A stretch of DNA of 63,329 bases, counting the filler, from Octopus bimaculoides (Eukaryota), in the NCBI RefSeq assembly GCF_001194135.2. It is 4 parts of 4 records of this genome, joined end to end, with 100 filler letters (N's around TTAATTAATTAA, not from the genome) between each part and the next. Parts side by side here need not be neighbours in the genome. Positions count along the whole stretch, not along the records: positions 29,491 to 55,693 come from NC_068982.1; positions 55,794 to 61,909 come from NC_068997.1; 2 more parts are not named here. One strand, written 5' to 3'. The notes under the pieces are model-generated. The model ran no database searches. It had not been told where the DNA came from and was given only the letters and a program-made list of their open reading frames with translations. Numbering within the stretch: the first letter of the stretch is position 1; the number at the start of each line of letters is the position of its first letter. The position numbers and the translations under genes were made by a program. Below are positions 49,824-62,009 of the stretch, piece after piece.

Positions 49824-51259
49824 NNNNNNNNNNGTGTGTGCGTGTGTGTGTGTGCGTGTGTCTATATGTGTGTGGGTGTGTGTGTCAGTGGCGACTCCGG
49901 CACGCGGACCGTTCGGATTAGCCCGAGTATAAATTTAATAAAGTGAACGTGTATTTGCAAGCTGATTTAATTTCTGCCACCACTGACCCCAAGTATGTAA
50001 TTTCAGCCAATATGTCTGGCTCCTCTGATTGAACCTGGTCGCAGTTTATATATTTTCGTTCAGCATCTGGCGGTCGTCTTAGAGATGCCCTCTGTCAAAA
50101 ATTATCATTCGTAGCAGACGTTCTCTCGACATCATTCACACACACCTGACTCGGGCTCAGAAGTTACAGCCCGTGTTGTTATCTATAATCGTAAAAATTA
50201 AAATTAATTCAAATTCAATGTTTTCTTGAAACAATAAATTTCTATAGAGATTAGGTTTTAATTCCGATCTATAAAAAAATTCCGTTCTACAATATTCAGA
50301 AAGGAACGGAAATTTATCCAGCAACTCGGGCTAATACGAACGACAACTATTGTCAAGAGGACAGGCAACACTCAGATCTCTGATGTTTGTTGTCCTTATT
50401 TGATTGCTGTTATTCTGTACGTATGTGTGTAAATATATNNNNNNNNNNNNNNNNNNNNNNNNNNNNNNNNNNNNNNNNNNNNNNNNNNNNNNNNNNNNNN
50501 NNNNNNNNNNNNNNNNNNNNNNNNNNNNNNNNNNNNNNNNNNNNNNNNNNNNNNNNNNNNNNNNNNNNNNNNNNNNNNNNNNNNNNNNNNNNNNNNNNNN
50601 NNNNNNNNNNNNNNNNNNNNNNNNNNNNNNNNNNNNNNNNNNNNNNNNNNNNNNNNNNNNNNNNNNNNNNNNNNNNNNNNNNNNNNNNNNNNNNNNNNNN
50701 NNNNNNNNNNNNNNNNNNNNNNNNNNNNNNNNNNNNNNNNNNNNNNNNNNNNNNNNNNNNNNNNNNNNNNNNNNNNNNNNNNNNNNNNNNNNNNNNNNNN
50801 NNNNNNNNNNNNNNNNNNNNNNNNNNNNNNNNNNNNNNNNNNNNNNNNNNNNNNNNNNNNNNNNNNNNNNNNNNNNNNNNNNNNNNNNNNNNNNNNNNNN
50901 NNNNNNNNNNNNNNNNNNNNNNNNNNNNNNNNNNNNNNNNNNNNNNNNNNNNNNNNNNNNNNNNNNNNNNNNNNNNNNNNNNNNNNNNNNNNNNNNNNNN
51001 NNNNNNNNNNNNNNNNNNNNNNNNNNNNNNNNNNNNNNNNNNNNNNNNNNNNNNNNNNNNNNNNNNNNNNNNNNNNNNNNNNNNNNNNNNNNNNNNNNNN
51101 NNNNNNNNNNNNNNNNNNNNNNNNNNNNNNNNNNNNNNNNNNNNNNNNNNNNNNNNNNNNNNNNNNNNNNNNNNNNNNNNNNNNNNNNATATATATATAT
51201 ATATATACGAACTAAAATATACGGACTCTGCTACCACATCTCGATCTCTCACAAATGTG

Positions 51260-51900
51260 TCACAACAAATATTTCCAACAAGAAAACATCGTTTTAGGTA
51301 CCTGGGGACACCGAAGAATGGGACAACTTTTCATCTAGCATAGTAATTCTTATATGTCCATGTTTAAAATGTTAGGGATGCCTTCAAGCACCACATAATG
51401 TGCAACAATCCACTTTGGAAATAGCAACCGATGTTCCTTTCTTTTTATGATTCTATGTTGGTTTCTTGCCATAAGGATTACAACTAACTTTGTAAGATCT
51501 TTCTTTCCTCTGCTTCTCAAACATAAGCCGGACACTTGAAACAAAAGCCTTCACATTTGTTGTTTACTAATATCACACTGAACTTTTCCTGTCTTTTTCT
51601 GCTTTGCCCAACACCACTTTCCATTACAAGACTGTAATCCTGACACCAAGAAATTTAATGAAAATAAAGTTGTGGGCGTATGACATGCAAATCGGGTGAA
51701 ACTGGCAGTCTGTGATCTCTTTATTATTCTGTTCGGTGGCCTTCTGTCGAATCGCAATTAGCTTCCTATGAAAAAGATGTTGATGAAGTCTCTATTGTTT
51801 TCTTACCCATACTCTATTAAATCTGATGTATCCTAAGTTAAGTATTCTCATGCTGCCATGACCTCCTACACAACCGGCATGTGAATAATCAAATAATACG
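51260..51900 (-). mobile_element. Degenerate L1/Tx1-like LINE fragment (post-RT region)
   Basis: RGKKDLTKLVVILMARNQH resembles the W.GKK.LV....L...R..GG segment of L1/Tx1 ORF2. Heavily broken. Confidence 0.35.
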
Positions 51901-51989
51901 AACCATGCAAATATATATTCTGTATAATTTATCAAAGAAATTTCTTACGTAAAATCGACTGAAGCAATCTAGCAATAATTAAGCTTCAA

Positions 51990-52210
51990 ATAAGGCAGCG
52001 AGCTGGCAGAATCGTTAGCACGCTCGGTCACATGTTTTGCGGTACTCCGTCTGCCGCTACGTTCTGAGTTCCAACTCTACTTTGGACGACTTTGCCTTTC
52101 ATCTTTCGGAGTCGATAAATTAAGTACCAGTTGCATACTGGGGTCGATCTGATCGACTGCGCCCCCCTCCTCCGAAATTTCAGGCCTTGTGCATTAGAAA
52201 GGTATAATTA
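51990..52210 (+). mobile_element. SINE family B
   Basis: ggcagcgagctggcagaatcgttagcacg...gactttgcctttcatctttcggagtcgataaattaagtaccag. Confidence 0.88.
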
Positions 52211-52332
52211 AGCTCGAAGTGTAAATTAGACATACTCATATTTGTTGCACCAGCATGACCGCAGCCACTTGCCTGAAACACATAAAAATAAAAAAATATA
52301 TATACGCATATACGGAAATGTACATTTGCACA

Positions 52333-52530
52333 GGTATGCATATATATATAGGCGCAGGAGTGGTTGCGTGGTAAGTAGCTTGCTTACCAACCACATGGTT
52401 CCGGGTTCAGTCCCACTGCGTGGCACCTTAGGCAAGTGTTTTCTACTATAGCCACGGGCCGACCAAAGCCTTGTGACTGGATTTGGAAGACGGAAACTGA
52501 AAGAAGCCCGTCGTTTATATGTATATATAT
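52333..52530 (+). mobile_element. SINE family A, 5' half, young
   Basis: ggcgcaggagtggttgcgtggtaagtagcttgcttaccaaccacatggttccgggttcagtcccactgcg...gaaagaagcccgtcg. Confidence 0.9.
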
Positions 52531-54283
52531 ATTTAATCATTTATGTATGTATACATATATACACATGTGTGCAACAATCCTACACGTCATGTGAAATACA
52601 AACTCCGAACTCAAACTACGCACATTTCATACACCACCACGCAGTAGTCACACATTTCAATCAGACTCGTATTAAAGCTGTTGTAAATATAAGCAAAATG
52701 TGAGGTGCTACAGTAAGGAAAATAAAACGGAGAATTCAACATTCATTGCTCCGAAATGATGGGAATTGGAAAACGAGATATGGCTGTAATGTCCAAGGGA
52801 GGTAATCGTGTAAATCATCAATATTTCAAAACCAACATTACTGTGATTAGGAAGAAGACTAACGTTAATAATAATACCTCAAGAAAAGGAAAGAAACTAT
52901 ATGGTCAATAAATAATTTTTAATAACAGAAGTGCTATTATCTCCGGGAATTTTTTTAAAGCAGGTTAGAGAAATATTGCTGACTTTAATGGTAATTAATG
53001 TAAAGGCTAGAAAAGATCAACATAAAAAATTATATTGGAGTCACTTATTTGTTTTTGTTTTTCAATTGACAAATGAATGGGTGTTTATTTTAATTTGCTA
53101 ATTTTTGGTGGAATTTTTGTGGAATTTCTTTTTAAAATAGTATTTTTTTATTATATATCCCGCCCACGTTTTGCCTGCTGTCATCCTCATGCAGATGTTC
53201 AAACAGATAATCAATGGTATCAAACAAACCATTCTCGGGGGCCATGCAGTCTTCCTTTGTCTCTTAACTAAACGTTGGAAGATAATTCATGTAGCGTGCT
53301 ATAATACATCGCGTTTTTAGAGGATTAACTGAAGATTTTGTAATGAAGCAAACAGTTCTTTACTTCGTTATAGGAGACCNNNNNNNNNNNNNNNNNNNNN
53401 NNNNNNNNNNNNNNNNNNNNNNNNNNNNNNNNNNNNNNNNNNNNNNNNNNNNNNNNNNNNNNNNNNNNNNNNNNNNNNNNNNNNNNNNNNNNNNNNNNNN
53501 NNNNNNNNNNNNNNNNNNNNATTCATGTAGCGTGCTATAATACATCGCGTTTTTAGAGGATTAACTGAAGATTTTGTAATGAAGCAAACAGTTCTTTACT
53601 TCGTTATAGGAGACCTAACATGTAGGGGAGAATGCTGTCGGTAAAAAAAGTGCAAATCATGATTACAACAAGTAGAAGTGGGAATCCATTTTCACTGACT
53701 GAACTATTTATATATCCATAATCGATGTCCGTGGCTGATACGCTTAACTTTGTATAATATATTGTTTCCCCTTATCCATCAAAGATGATACCCAGTTATT
53801 GAAATGCACCGCAGAGAAAGACAGTTGTAGGATACCGATCAGAGGTCATGCTTATACTATAGATTGGTTTCTGTAAATCTATAAGACGAATTGGGCTAAG
53901 TGTTGGAATCAAATGATACAGTGAGAAACATGCCAATGTGTGAGATTCCATATAGTCAAGCGAATAGGCAGAAACAGCAGACAAATCTCACTGCTGCCAC
54001 GTGAATGAAGAATATATCGGATAACAATTAATTTGTGTATACCGTGTTTTGAAAGATGCTATGCTGGTCACTCTTGTCTGCCTTTCACAAAATATCTCCT
54101 TCACTCGATATTAAATATCGACAAGAACAACAACATCAATCAGAGAAATGAGACTGAAAATATTTAACGCTGAGTATAACAAATAGAAATTCTAATACAT
54201 CGGACAGAAAATGTATCGGCTTGAGAATTAATAATATTTAATATTTTCGGTAAGTACGGCGAGAAGCCTAGACTTGCCCATTA

Positions 54284-54695
54284 GGCGTAGGAGTGACTGT
54301 GTGGTAAGTAGCTTGCTCACCAACCACATGGTTCTGGGTTCAGTCCCACTGCGTGGCACCTTGGGCAAGTGTCTTCTATTATAGCCTCGGGCCTACCAAA
54401 GCCTTGTGAGTGGATTTAGTAGACCGAAACTGAAAGAAGCCCGTCATATATATATATATATGTATGTATGTATGTGTGTATGTGTTTGTGTGTCTGTGTT
54501 TGTTCCTCCAACATCACCTGACGACTGATGCTGGTGTGTTTACGTCCTCGTAAGTTAGCGGTTCGGCAAAAGAAACCGATGGAACAAGTACTAGGCTTAC
54601 AAAGAATAAGTCCTGGGGTTGATTTGCTCGACTAAAGTGGTGCTCTAGCATGGCCATAGTCAAATGACTGAAACAAGTAAAAGAGTAAAAGAGAG
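54284..54695 (+). mobile_element. SINE family A, full length, young
   Basis: Complete head, core, microsatellite and tail ending in (AAAAGAGT)n-like repeats. Confidence 0.92.
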
Positions 54696-54809
54696 TAAAG
54701 AGTTGCCTCTCTGTTATTTAACGTCGTTAGCAAAGAAAAGAATTTACTATGCTTACTGATTTAATGACATAGATGTCAGTAAGTATCTTTATAATACTTA
54801 TTTCAAATT

Positions 54810-54945
54810 TTGTCACATGACCAGCAATTTCAGAGTAGAGGGTAGGTCGGTCACATTAATCCCCAGTGCTCAAGAGGTAATTAGTTTATTGACCCCGAAA
54901 AGGATGAAAAGCATAGTCGACCTTGGAGGAATTTGAACTTAAAAG
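54810..54945 (-). mobile_element. SINE family B, partial
   Basis: gaccccgaaaaggatgaaaagcatagtcgacc...aatttgaact. Confidence 0.7.
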
Positions 54946-55516
54946 ATAAAACAAAATGAAAACACGTCCTGCATTCTCTCAACTATTTGTCGCTATTCCC
55001 TCTCCTCAACGCATGATTATTATTATATCTGTTTAGATCCGTGATGCTCTCTGTGAAATATGATAACCTATATAACTGTGACTATTACGGCAGATGGCGT
55101 TTCTGAGAATTTAAAACAGCATTTTGTTTCACTCAAAAACCACAAACAAGATGTCATCTTTTGTGTGCTTGTTTCTTATTTACAGCTCAGTGGACTAAAT
55201 GATTTGAATAATATACTGAAGTGCCAATAACAGCGGACATATTGCCGTTACTTCGACTGGCTGTTCGTAAATTTATCAACACATTCTTCTGCATCTCAGT
55301 ACTAGACAGTATAGTACAAGTTTATATGAACGCAATATTGTGTTTGAACATCAGTAAAGCTTCTGACTTTTAACATCATACCTCAAAACATTAATCCTTT
55401 CACATTATTTGGGACATATAATGCAGGTCTCTTCTAAAATAGCCCCATTCAGTATTGCATTGCGAGTAAATTTCTTAGATTAGAGGTGTGTGGAAATCTC
55501 GTCATACCGCCCCGTC

Positions 55517-55562
<46 letters not shown>

Positions 55563-55693
55563 TATTATAATACAGGGTATCAATAGATACCACCACGCTG
55601 AAAAAATAGCAGTCAAATCCTGACTCTAAAACCACAATAAATGTCCGCAAGGCACGATTAGCGAAGACGCAGACCAAATAAACCAGTAAAAAT

Positions 55694-55793
55694 NNNNNNN
55701 NNNNNNNNNNNNNNNNNNNNNNNNNNNNNNNNNNNNNTTAATTAATTAANNNNNNNNNNNNNNNNNNNNNNNNNNNNNNNNNNNNNNNNNNNN
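55694..55793. other. Artificial 100-bp scaffold join
   Basis: 44 N + TTAATTAATTAA + 44 N. Confidence 0.93.
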
Positions 55794-55856
55794 GCGAAAT
55801 GCTGCTTAGCATTCTTTCCGGCGTGCCAACGATTCTACATACTTGCCGCTTTACTG

Positions 55857-55857
55857 G

Positions 55858-55952
<95 letters not shown>
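55857..55952. repeat. (TAC)n(CAC)n microsatellite
   Basis: Direct reading. Confidence 0.97.
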
Positions 55953-55979
55953 ACGATGATGCTGGTGATGATAATAATG

Positions 55980-56244
55980 GTTACAAACCTTTCGGTACAA
56001 GGCTAGCAATTGTGGGTGAAGGCAGGAATCGACTACATCGACCCCAATGCTTAACTGGTACTTATTTTATCGACCCCCGAAAGGATAACAGGCAACGTCG
56101 ACTGCAACAGTATTTGAACGCAGAACGTTGAGTCGAGAGAAATAACGCTAAGGGTTTTTTTTCCGACGGCGTAACGGTTCTCCCATTTCCCCGCCCTAGT
56201 AGTAGTAATAGTAGTTGTATTATTATTATTATTATTATTATTAT

Positions 56245-56281
<37 letters not shown>

Positions 56282-56590
56282 GGTGGTGGTGATGATAATC
56301 CTTTCTACTAAAGGCACAAGGCTTGAAAGTTTGTGTGGACGGGGACTAGTCAATTACATCGACCCTAGTACTCAACTGGTACTTATTCTATCGATCCCGG
56401 GAGGGTGAGAAGCAAAGTCGACCTCGGCGGAATTTGAACTCAGAGCGTAAAGACAGACGAAATACCGCTAAGCATTTCGTCCAGCGAGCTAACGATTCTG
56501 CCGCCAGCTCCCCGCCTCTGTAGTAAAAGCAGAAGTGCTAATAATTATTTCAAATTCTGGCACAGGGCCAGCAATTTTAGAGGAGGGGGT
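55980..56590 (-). mobile_element. Two tandem SINE family B copies separated by TAG/TAT/TGG microsatellite
   Basis: atcgaccccaatgcttaactggtacttatttt (~56040) and atcgaccctagtactcaactggtacttattct...aaagtcgacctcggcggaatttgaactcagagcg (~56360-56450). Confidence 0.85.
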
Positions 56591-56639
56591 ATACACACAC
56601 ACGCCCCCTCTGGCACACAGAGAGACACACACACATATA

Positions 56640-56790
56640 CGATGGGCTTCTTCCAGTTTCCGTCTACCAAATCCACTCACAAGGCTTTGGTTGACCCGAG
56701 GCTATAGTAGAAGACGCTTACCCAAGGTGCCGCGCAGTGAGGCTGAACCCAGAAACATGTGGTTGAGAAGCAAGTTTCTTACCACTCAAA
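56640..56790 (-). mobile_element. SINE family A, 5' half
   Basis: gatgggcttcttccagtttccgtctaccaaatccactcacaagg...gaacccagaaacatgtggtt. Confidence 0.85.
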
Positions 56791-57335
56791 TATGATTTAA
56801 CAAAAGAAGGTAAATAATAGTTTTAGTTGTTCCTATCACTGGAATGCGGCCATGATGGAGCACTGCCCTGCAGTATTAGTCGAACAATAAGGCCCCTTTT
56901 TGTATTTTAACTGTTGTGTCACAGCCTTCATTTGACACACAAATGAATCAATAATTCTCGCAATACAAAATAAATTTATAGAATTGACAGGGGAGACAAC
57001 TCATGATAACTGTTAACAGAATAATTCCCCTTGTTATATAATTTTTTTTTTCTTAGTTCCTTTTTTCTTCTTATGCTGATTAATACGACAAGCATTCTGG
57101 AATGCTGTTTACTCGTTCTTTATATATACTTCTGTCCCATACACACACATACAAATCACTGCTAATTAAAGTCATTTCTGTGTTCACGAAATTAAGAATA
57201 CTAGTGGCCACTTCACTATGTAGATCGACAATCGGTCAAACAACTAGATCAGTCGTTCTCGAGCATTTAAAATTTTTTTTACGTATAGACCATTTTGATT
57301 CATATCTTACTCAACTGGACCTCCATAGACATTCA

Positions 57336-57346
<11 letters not shown>

Positions 57347-57428
<82 letters not shown>

Positions 57429-57441
57429 GCTNNNNNNNNNN

Positions 57442-57494
<53 letters not shown>

Positions 57495-57512
57495 ATATAT
57501 ATATATATATAT
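57347..57512. repeat. (TCTA)n(TCTG)n(TC)n(TA)n compound microsatellite
   Basis: Direct reading; contains a 10-N gap. Confidence 0.97.
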
Positions 57513-58129
57513 GATATTACTGTATTTTTGTAATACAACATTAAAAGGAATTTTAAATATCTTGTATGTTGTAGAACTATAAGCAATTGATCGCAGAGAA
57601 ATTTTAACAACAAAACCGTATATGGACCCCTAAGGGCCATATGGAGCCCGGTTAAGAACCATTGGACTTGATAGTGAGACATAGACACACATACAGGGCT
57701 CATGATATTGCGCATCCTTACGTGTTTGAAGGCCAAACTCCTCATGCACACGTGTACATGTTGTTAAACCTTAAAGGAGTCCTGATTGACGAGGTCTGTG
57801 GTCAAAAACATTTCTAGTCATCAACACGCCTTCATATTTAGCAATATGGATGACTACAGGATGTAGTATGATCATTTCTCATACAAGAAAGTAGCGTGAC
57901 TTTAGGGAAGATTGGACTGCCAGTTGTATATATATGTATATATATATTATGTATGTATGAACACACAAACACACACACATATATGATAGACTCTCTCGTC
58001 AGTCTCGACATATGGGGATCCGAAAACCTACACTTTCGTTGTCAGTGGTAATGCTTATGTCGAGTGAGACATTTAAGTCTCGCTAACGGTTTACAAAGAA
58101 GTCTGCAGGTTGTTGCAAGTATGGGGAGT

Positions 58130-58575
58130 ACGGGTTAGTGCAGGCGGTATATTTACGTGATTATTTGACATAGTCTACTCATTTTCGATGCTCTACTTTC
58201 AGCGATCTATAAGCTTGATTATTCCATCGAAGAAAGTTTTCAGTTGACTGCTCAGCCATTTCTGTAATACTTTCTTCAGTTCTTCGTCCGTAACAAATCG
58301 ACAACCTTGCAAAGGATATTTGGGCGGTCCAAAGAGGTGATAATCGGAAAGGGGCGAGATCTGGACAATGCACAGTGTTTCAGCAACTCGATTCTCAATT
58401 TTTCGATGGTTTCAACATTGCTGGCTGCCGTAAGTGGGTGTGCATTGTCGTGCAGCAATAACACTTGATTTGACAATAGACCCCGGCGTTTAGTGCGAAT
58501 TGTTGATTTTAGTTTGTTGGCCAGCATTTCACTATTGCCTACACTAGTGACTGTAGACCCCTTTTCCAGGTATAA
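58130..58575 (-). mobile_element. Mariner transposase C-terminal fragment
   Basis: LEKGSTV...EMLANKLKSTIRTKRRGLLSNQVLLLHDNAHP, then a DLAP motif in another frame. Truncated by a SINE tail at ~58580. Confidence 0.85.
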
Positions 58576-59079
58576 GAATAAGTCCTAGGGTCAGTTTGTT
58601 CTCCTAAAGGTGTTGCTCCGGCATGGCCCTTGTCTAATGGCTGAAATAAGTAAAAGAATGAAAGAATACCTTACTAGCCAACTTATCTCTAATATAGCTC
58701 AATATGGAAATATTCAACTAAGAGTTTTCTTTATTTTTGATCCCAGCAAGGCTCGGCACTGTGTAAAAGAAATTTTCTAATCATTCTTTAAAATCTTGGC
58801 GGCTCTCATCCATATCTGTTGAGGAGCGTAGACTGGAAATGTCAAACACGTCTCCATTCTTCCCAAACGTCAAACTTATACACCTGCTTGTGACTTTGTC
58901 CTTTGTTTTATATACATTTGAACCATATACATACATGCATACATGCATACATGCATACATACATACATACATACATACATACATACATACATAGACATAT
59001 GTGCATATATGTATACACACACGCGTGCGCACATATATATGTGTCTTAACCCAAAATCCCTCTTCATGCTCATTCAGGA

Positions 59080-59200
59080 AATTCTGAATCTTCAAAAGAG
59101 TTGTGTAGCCATGATACATCGGGTGACCATGACACTCCTTGATATTGATGAATAAAACAGAACTCACCGCCAACACTTTCAAAGATCGTTGCTACAGGCA
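59080..59200 (-). mobile_element. Short degenerate mariner-like fragment
   Basis: KVLAVSSVLFINIKECHGHPMYHGYTTLL weakly resembles the KVLASVFWD..G...IDYLEKG.TI.G.YY..LL segment. Confidence 0.3.
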
Positions 59201-59660
59201 TATCCACTTAACTTTAAATAATTGAATAGAATTTAATGCTATTAAGAAAAGAATTCACTATATTTTGGATAAATTACCTTAACAATATTCTGAAGATATT
59301 GATTCAGTAAGAATTCTTGCATTCAAACAATTTAGAAGTATTTTTCAATTTCAGATTAAATAAAAGAAAACTTTAATCTTGCGTTTTTTTTTTTGAGATA
59401 TGTTTTTATTCAAAATATAATTACTCTAAATGAATTATGTTTCTAATTAGTAACTGATATTCCTCAATTTTAATGAATTTCAGTTATTTTTTTAATTAAA
59501 TACATAATTTTCTCCTTTTCTTTTTTGAAAGTATCAGGAAAAATTGCTGAAAATAATGTAACGCTTTGCAAAATTTCAGTTAATTGGCCTTCATCTTAGA
59601 CATGCATACTTACAACCTCTAAATTAATCAGTCGAAATATAGCTAAACAAGTGTTTCTCA

Positions 59661-59720
59661 TCTCACTGATGACGAGAAATAAGTAAGTGAATATACTTTA
59701 ATCTCGAAACGCGTATGTGG
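59661..59720 (+). ncRNA. Minimal type I hammerhead ribozyme motif (Penelope-type)
   Basis: UCUCA CUGAUGA C GAGA...UCUC GAAA CGCG UA UGUGG. Intact core, stem II GAGA/UCUC extended by AAGUA/UACUU, palindromic ACGCGU stem III. Stem I has one mismatch. Confidence 0.55.
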
Positions 59721-59981
59721 CTAATCGGAGTCGTATGGATTCATTATTTTTCTTTTTGCTTACGTAAAAAAGTGTGTTACTGTCTGGGAGATTCTTACGG
59801 TAGGAGAAAAGTAATTTTTAACTCCTATTTCTAAAATCGGTATGTGGTGAAGCAATTACCTGACCCTAATTATAATTATGTTAATAATTATAAAATATTT
59901 GTGTAATTTACCTATAAAGGTTATTTTAACGTACCGATCAACTTTGTAAAATTATTAATTAATTAATTAATTTTACCCTTT

Positions 59982-60024
<43 letters not shown>

Positions 60025-60309
60025 ATTACAGAGAGATGAAAAAGATGAAAATGAAAAAAATAGGAAATGTGCACTCTTTTTTTGTCTTCAATCTCATTGT
60101 TTGTTTACATCTGACGTCTCGGATATGAAACATCGTAACAAAACTAAATGCTGGTTATAATTTCTATAGAATATCTGTAGAGATAACCGTAACAAAGGAG
60201 TTGTTGGGGATAAAATATGAAGGGAGGGTGTATGAAGATTTGTATTGAAACATACTGAGTATGTGTATACGTGTGCATATGTGTGTATATGTGTGCATAT
60301 GTAAGTACA

Positions 60310-60350
<41 letters not shown>

Positions 60351-60370
60351 ATTTGTGTGTGTGTGTGTGT

Positions 60371-60411
<41 letters not shown>

Positions 60412-61909
60412 AATGAATAAATGGGTGAGTGTATCCCAGTATGATAGTTCATCTGAAGTAGCATCGCATGCCCCTTCCATATACATCTTCGTATGTTCTA
60501 GTAAACCCCAAACTTGTCATCACCATCTCCTTTCTTAAAATCACGTCACAAATTCACGTAGAATGTCTTCCATCGACCTGTTAGAAATACAAACCAAATC
60601 TACCTTAAATCGCTTCCTCCACCCACCTTCTTGTTAAATATTGCAAGAATATATTGAATAATTTAGACCATTTTTTTTATCTACAGACCTCTTTGATTAC
60701 TATTGATAATATATAAATATATATTTTGATAACATATAAAAAGATCGAAATATGTGCAGGGTTATGTCCTTTAATTATCGGAATTATGGAAAATTTTCCT
60801 TTTCCTCACCACATAAATATATCTGATTACATATGTTACGTTCACTATGTAAAATGTATCAACAGTAACTCAAACCTTACGCCGCCAAAGCTATGGTAGT
60901 GTACAACGACAACATCACTACGATCTGTAATTTATGATTGGAGTAATACAAGGGTCCAACCTATCATCCATGCTTTTAAAATTATATCTGAAGAACCTTC
61001 CCCACAGCTTTTAATAAATACATGCAAAAATTTATAAATGTTATTTACTAGGATCACATGCATCCGTAAGTGTTTGTACAATTCATTATGTTTAACATCC
61101 CTCACAGGCCTTCCTGCACAAGCAGTTAGTTTCCAGTGCTATAAATGGCTTTCTATCCCCGTGATAGGTAACCAGTATGTCTGCTAGAAATAACAGTTTT
61201 TCTTATCGCTTCATCCACCTCCTCTATGCAATTTGATATTATATTTAGAGCTTCGATTAAAAATATTTTTACATCGTGTCTTACCGACAATAATCTAACC
61301 GGAGGCTGGTTACATGTTTAGTTTTTAACATTGATTTTATTAAAAAACTCTTACTGTTTTGTCATATTAGCATATTCTGTGGTATTTGTCGTATTAGCAA
61401 TTGTTTTGCGGTGGTTTTATCTTCTATCGAAAATAATAGTTTTTTTTCCCATTGCTTCCATAAAATTACTACGTACGGATGTGTGTGTTTTAAGCGTATT
61501 GAAGATCCTGCGATTACACTAGCTTTCATAATTTTCTTTGCTTCTGTATATTGTTCTCTAAGTTGTTTCGTTCTATTCAAACTATTACGTAGTTTTCTGG
61601 TGAGTCTTGTTTTGTTCTGAATTTGATTAAATATTTTAATTTACATTTCTAGAAAAATCGTCTTCCACCAGCAACAATATTATTTCATCTCAAAAATATT
61701 TAATGAAATATAAAAAAGATAAATACAAGTGCTACTTTAACGGGCAATCTAACTCAATGCTAGAGAATTGAAATTAAAGGAAAAATTAAAACCGAAACGG
61801 AAAAAGAAAGGATGCAATGACAAAGCAGTGTTTATAAATGATAAATTAACGATTTTCGCTGTGGTTAAGAAAATCAGCCGGGCTGGGCGGTTAAGACGCT
61901 TGCTTCCTA

Positions 61910-62009
61910 NNNNNNNNNNNNNNNNNNNNNNNNNNNNNNNNNNNNNNNNNNNNTTAATTAATTAANNNNNNNNNNNNNNNNNNNNNNNNNNNNNNNNNNN
62001 NNNNNNNNN
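61910..62009. other. Artificial 100-bp scaffold join
   Basis: 44 N + TTAATTAATTAA + 44 N. Confidence 0.93.

Noticed and set aside
33523-51343. Long poly-X ORFs and the many CVCV/THTH/YIYI/LLLL/TTTT ORFs in the track
   Set aside because: Produced by N runs and microsatellites; no coding evidence.
53286-53615. ~95-bp direct repeat flanking an N gap
   Set aside because: Same overlap artefact.
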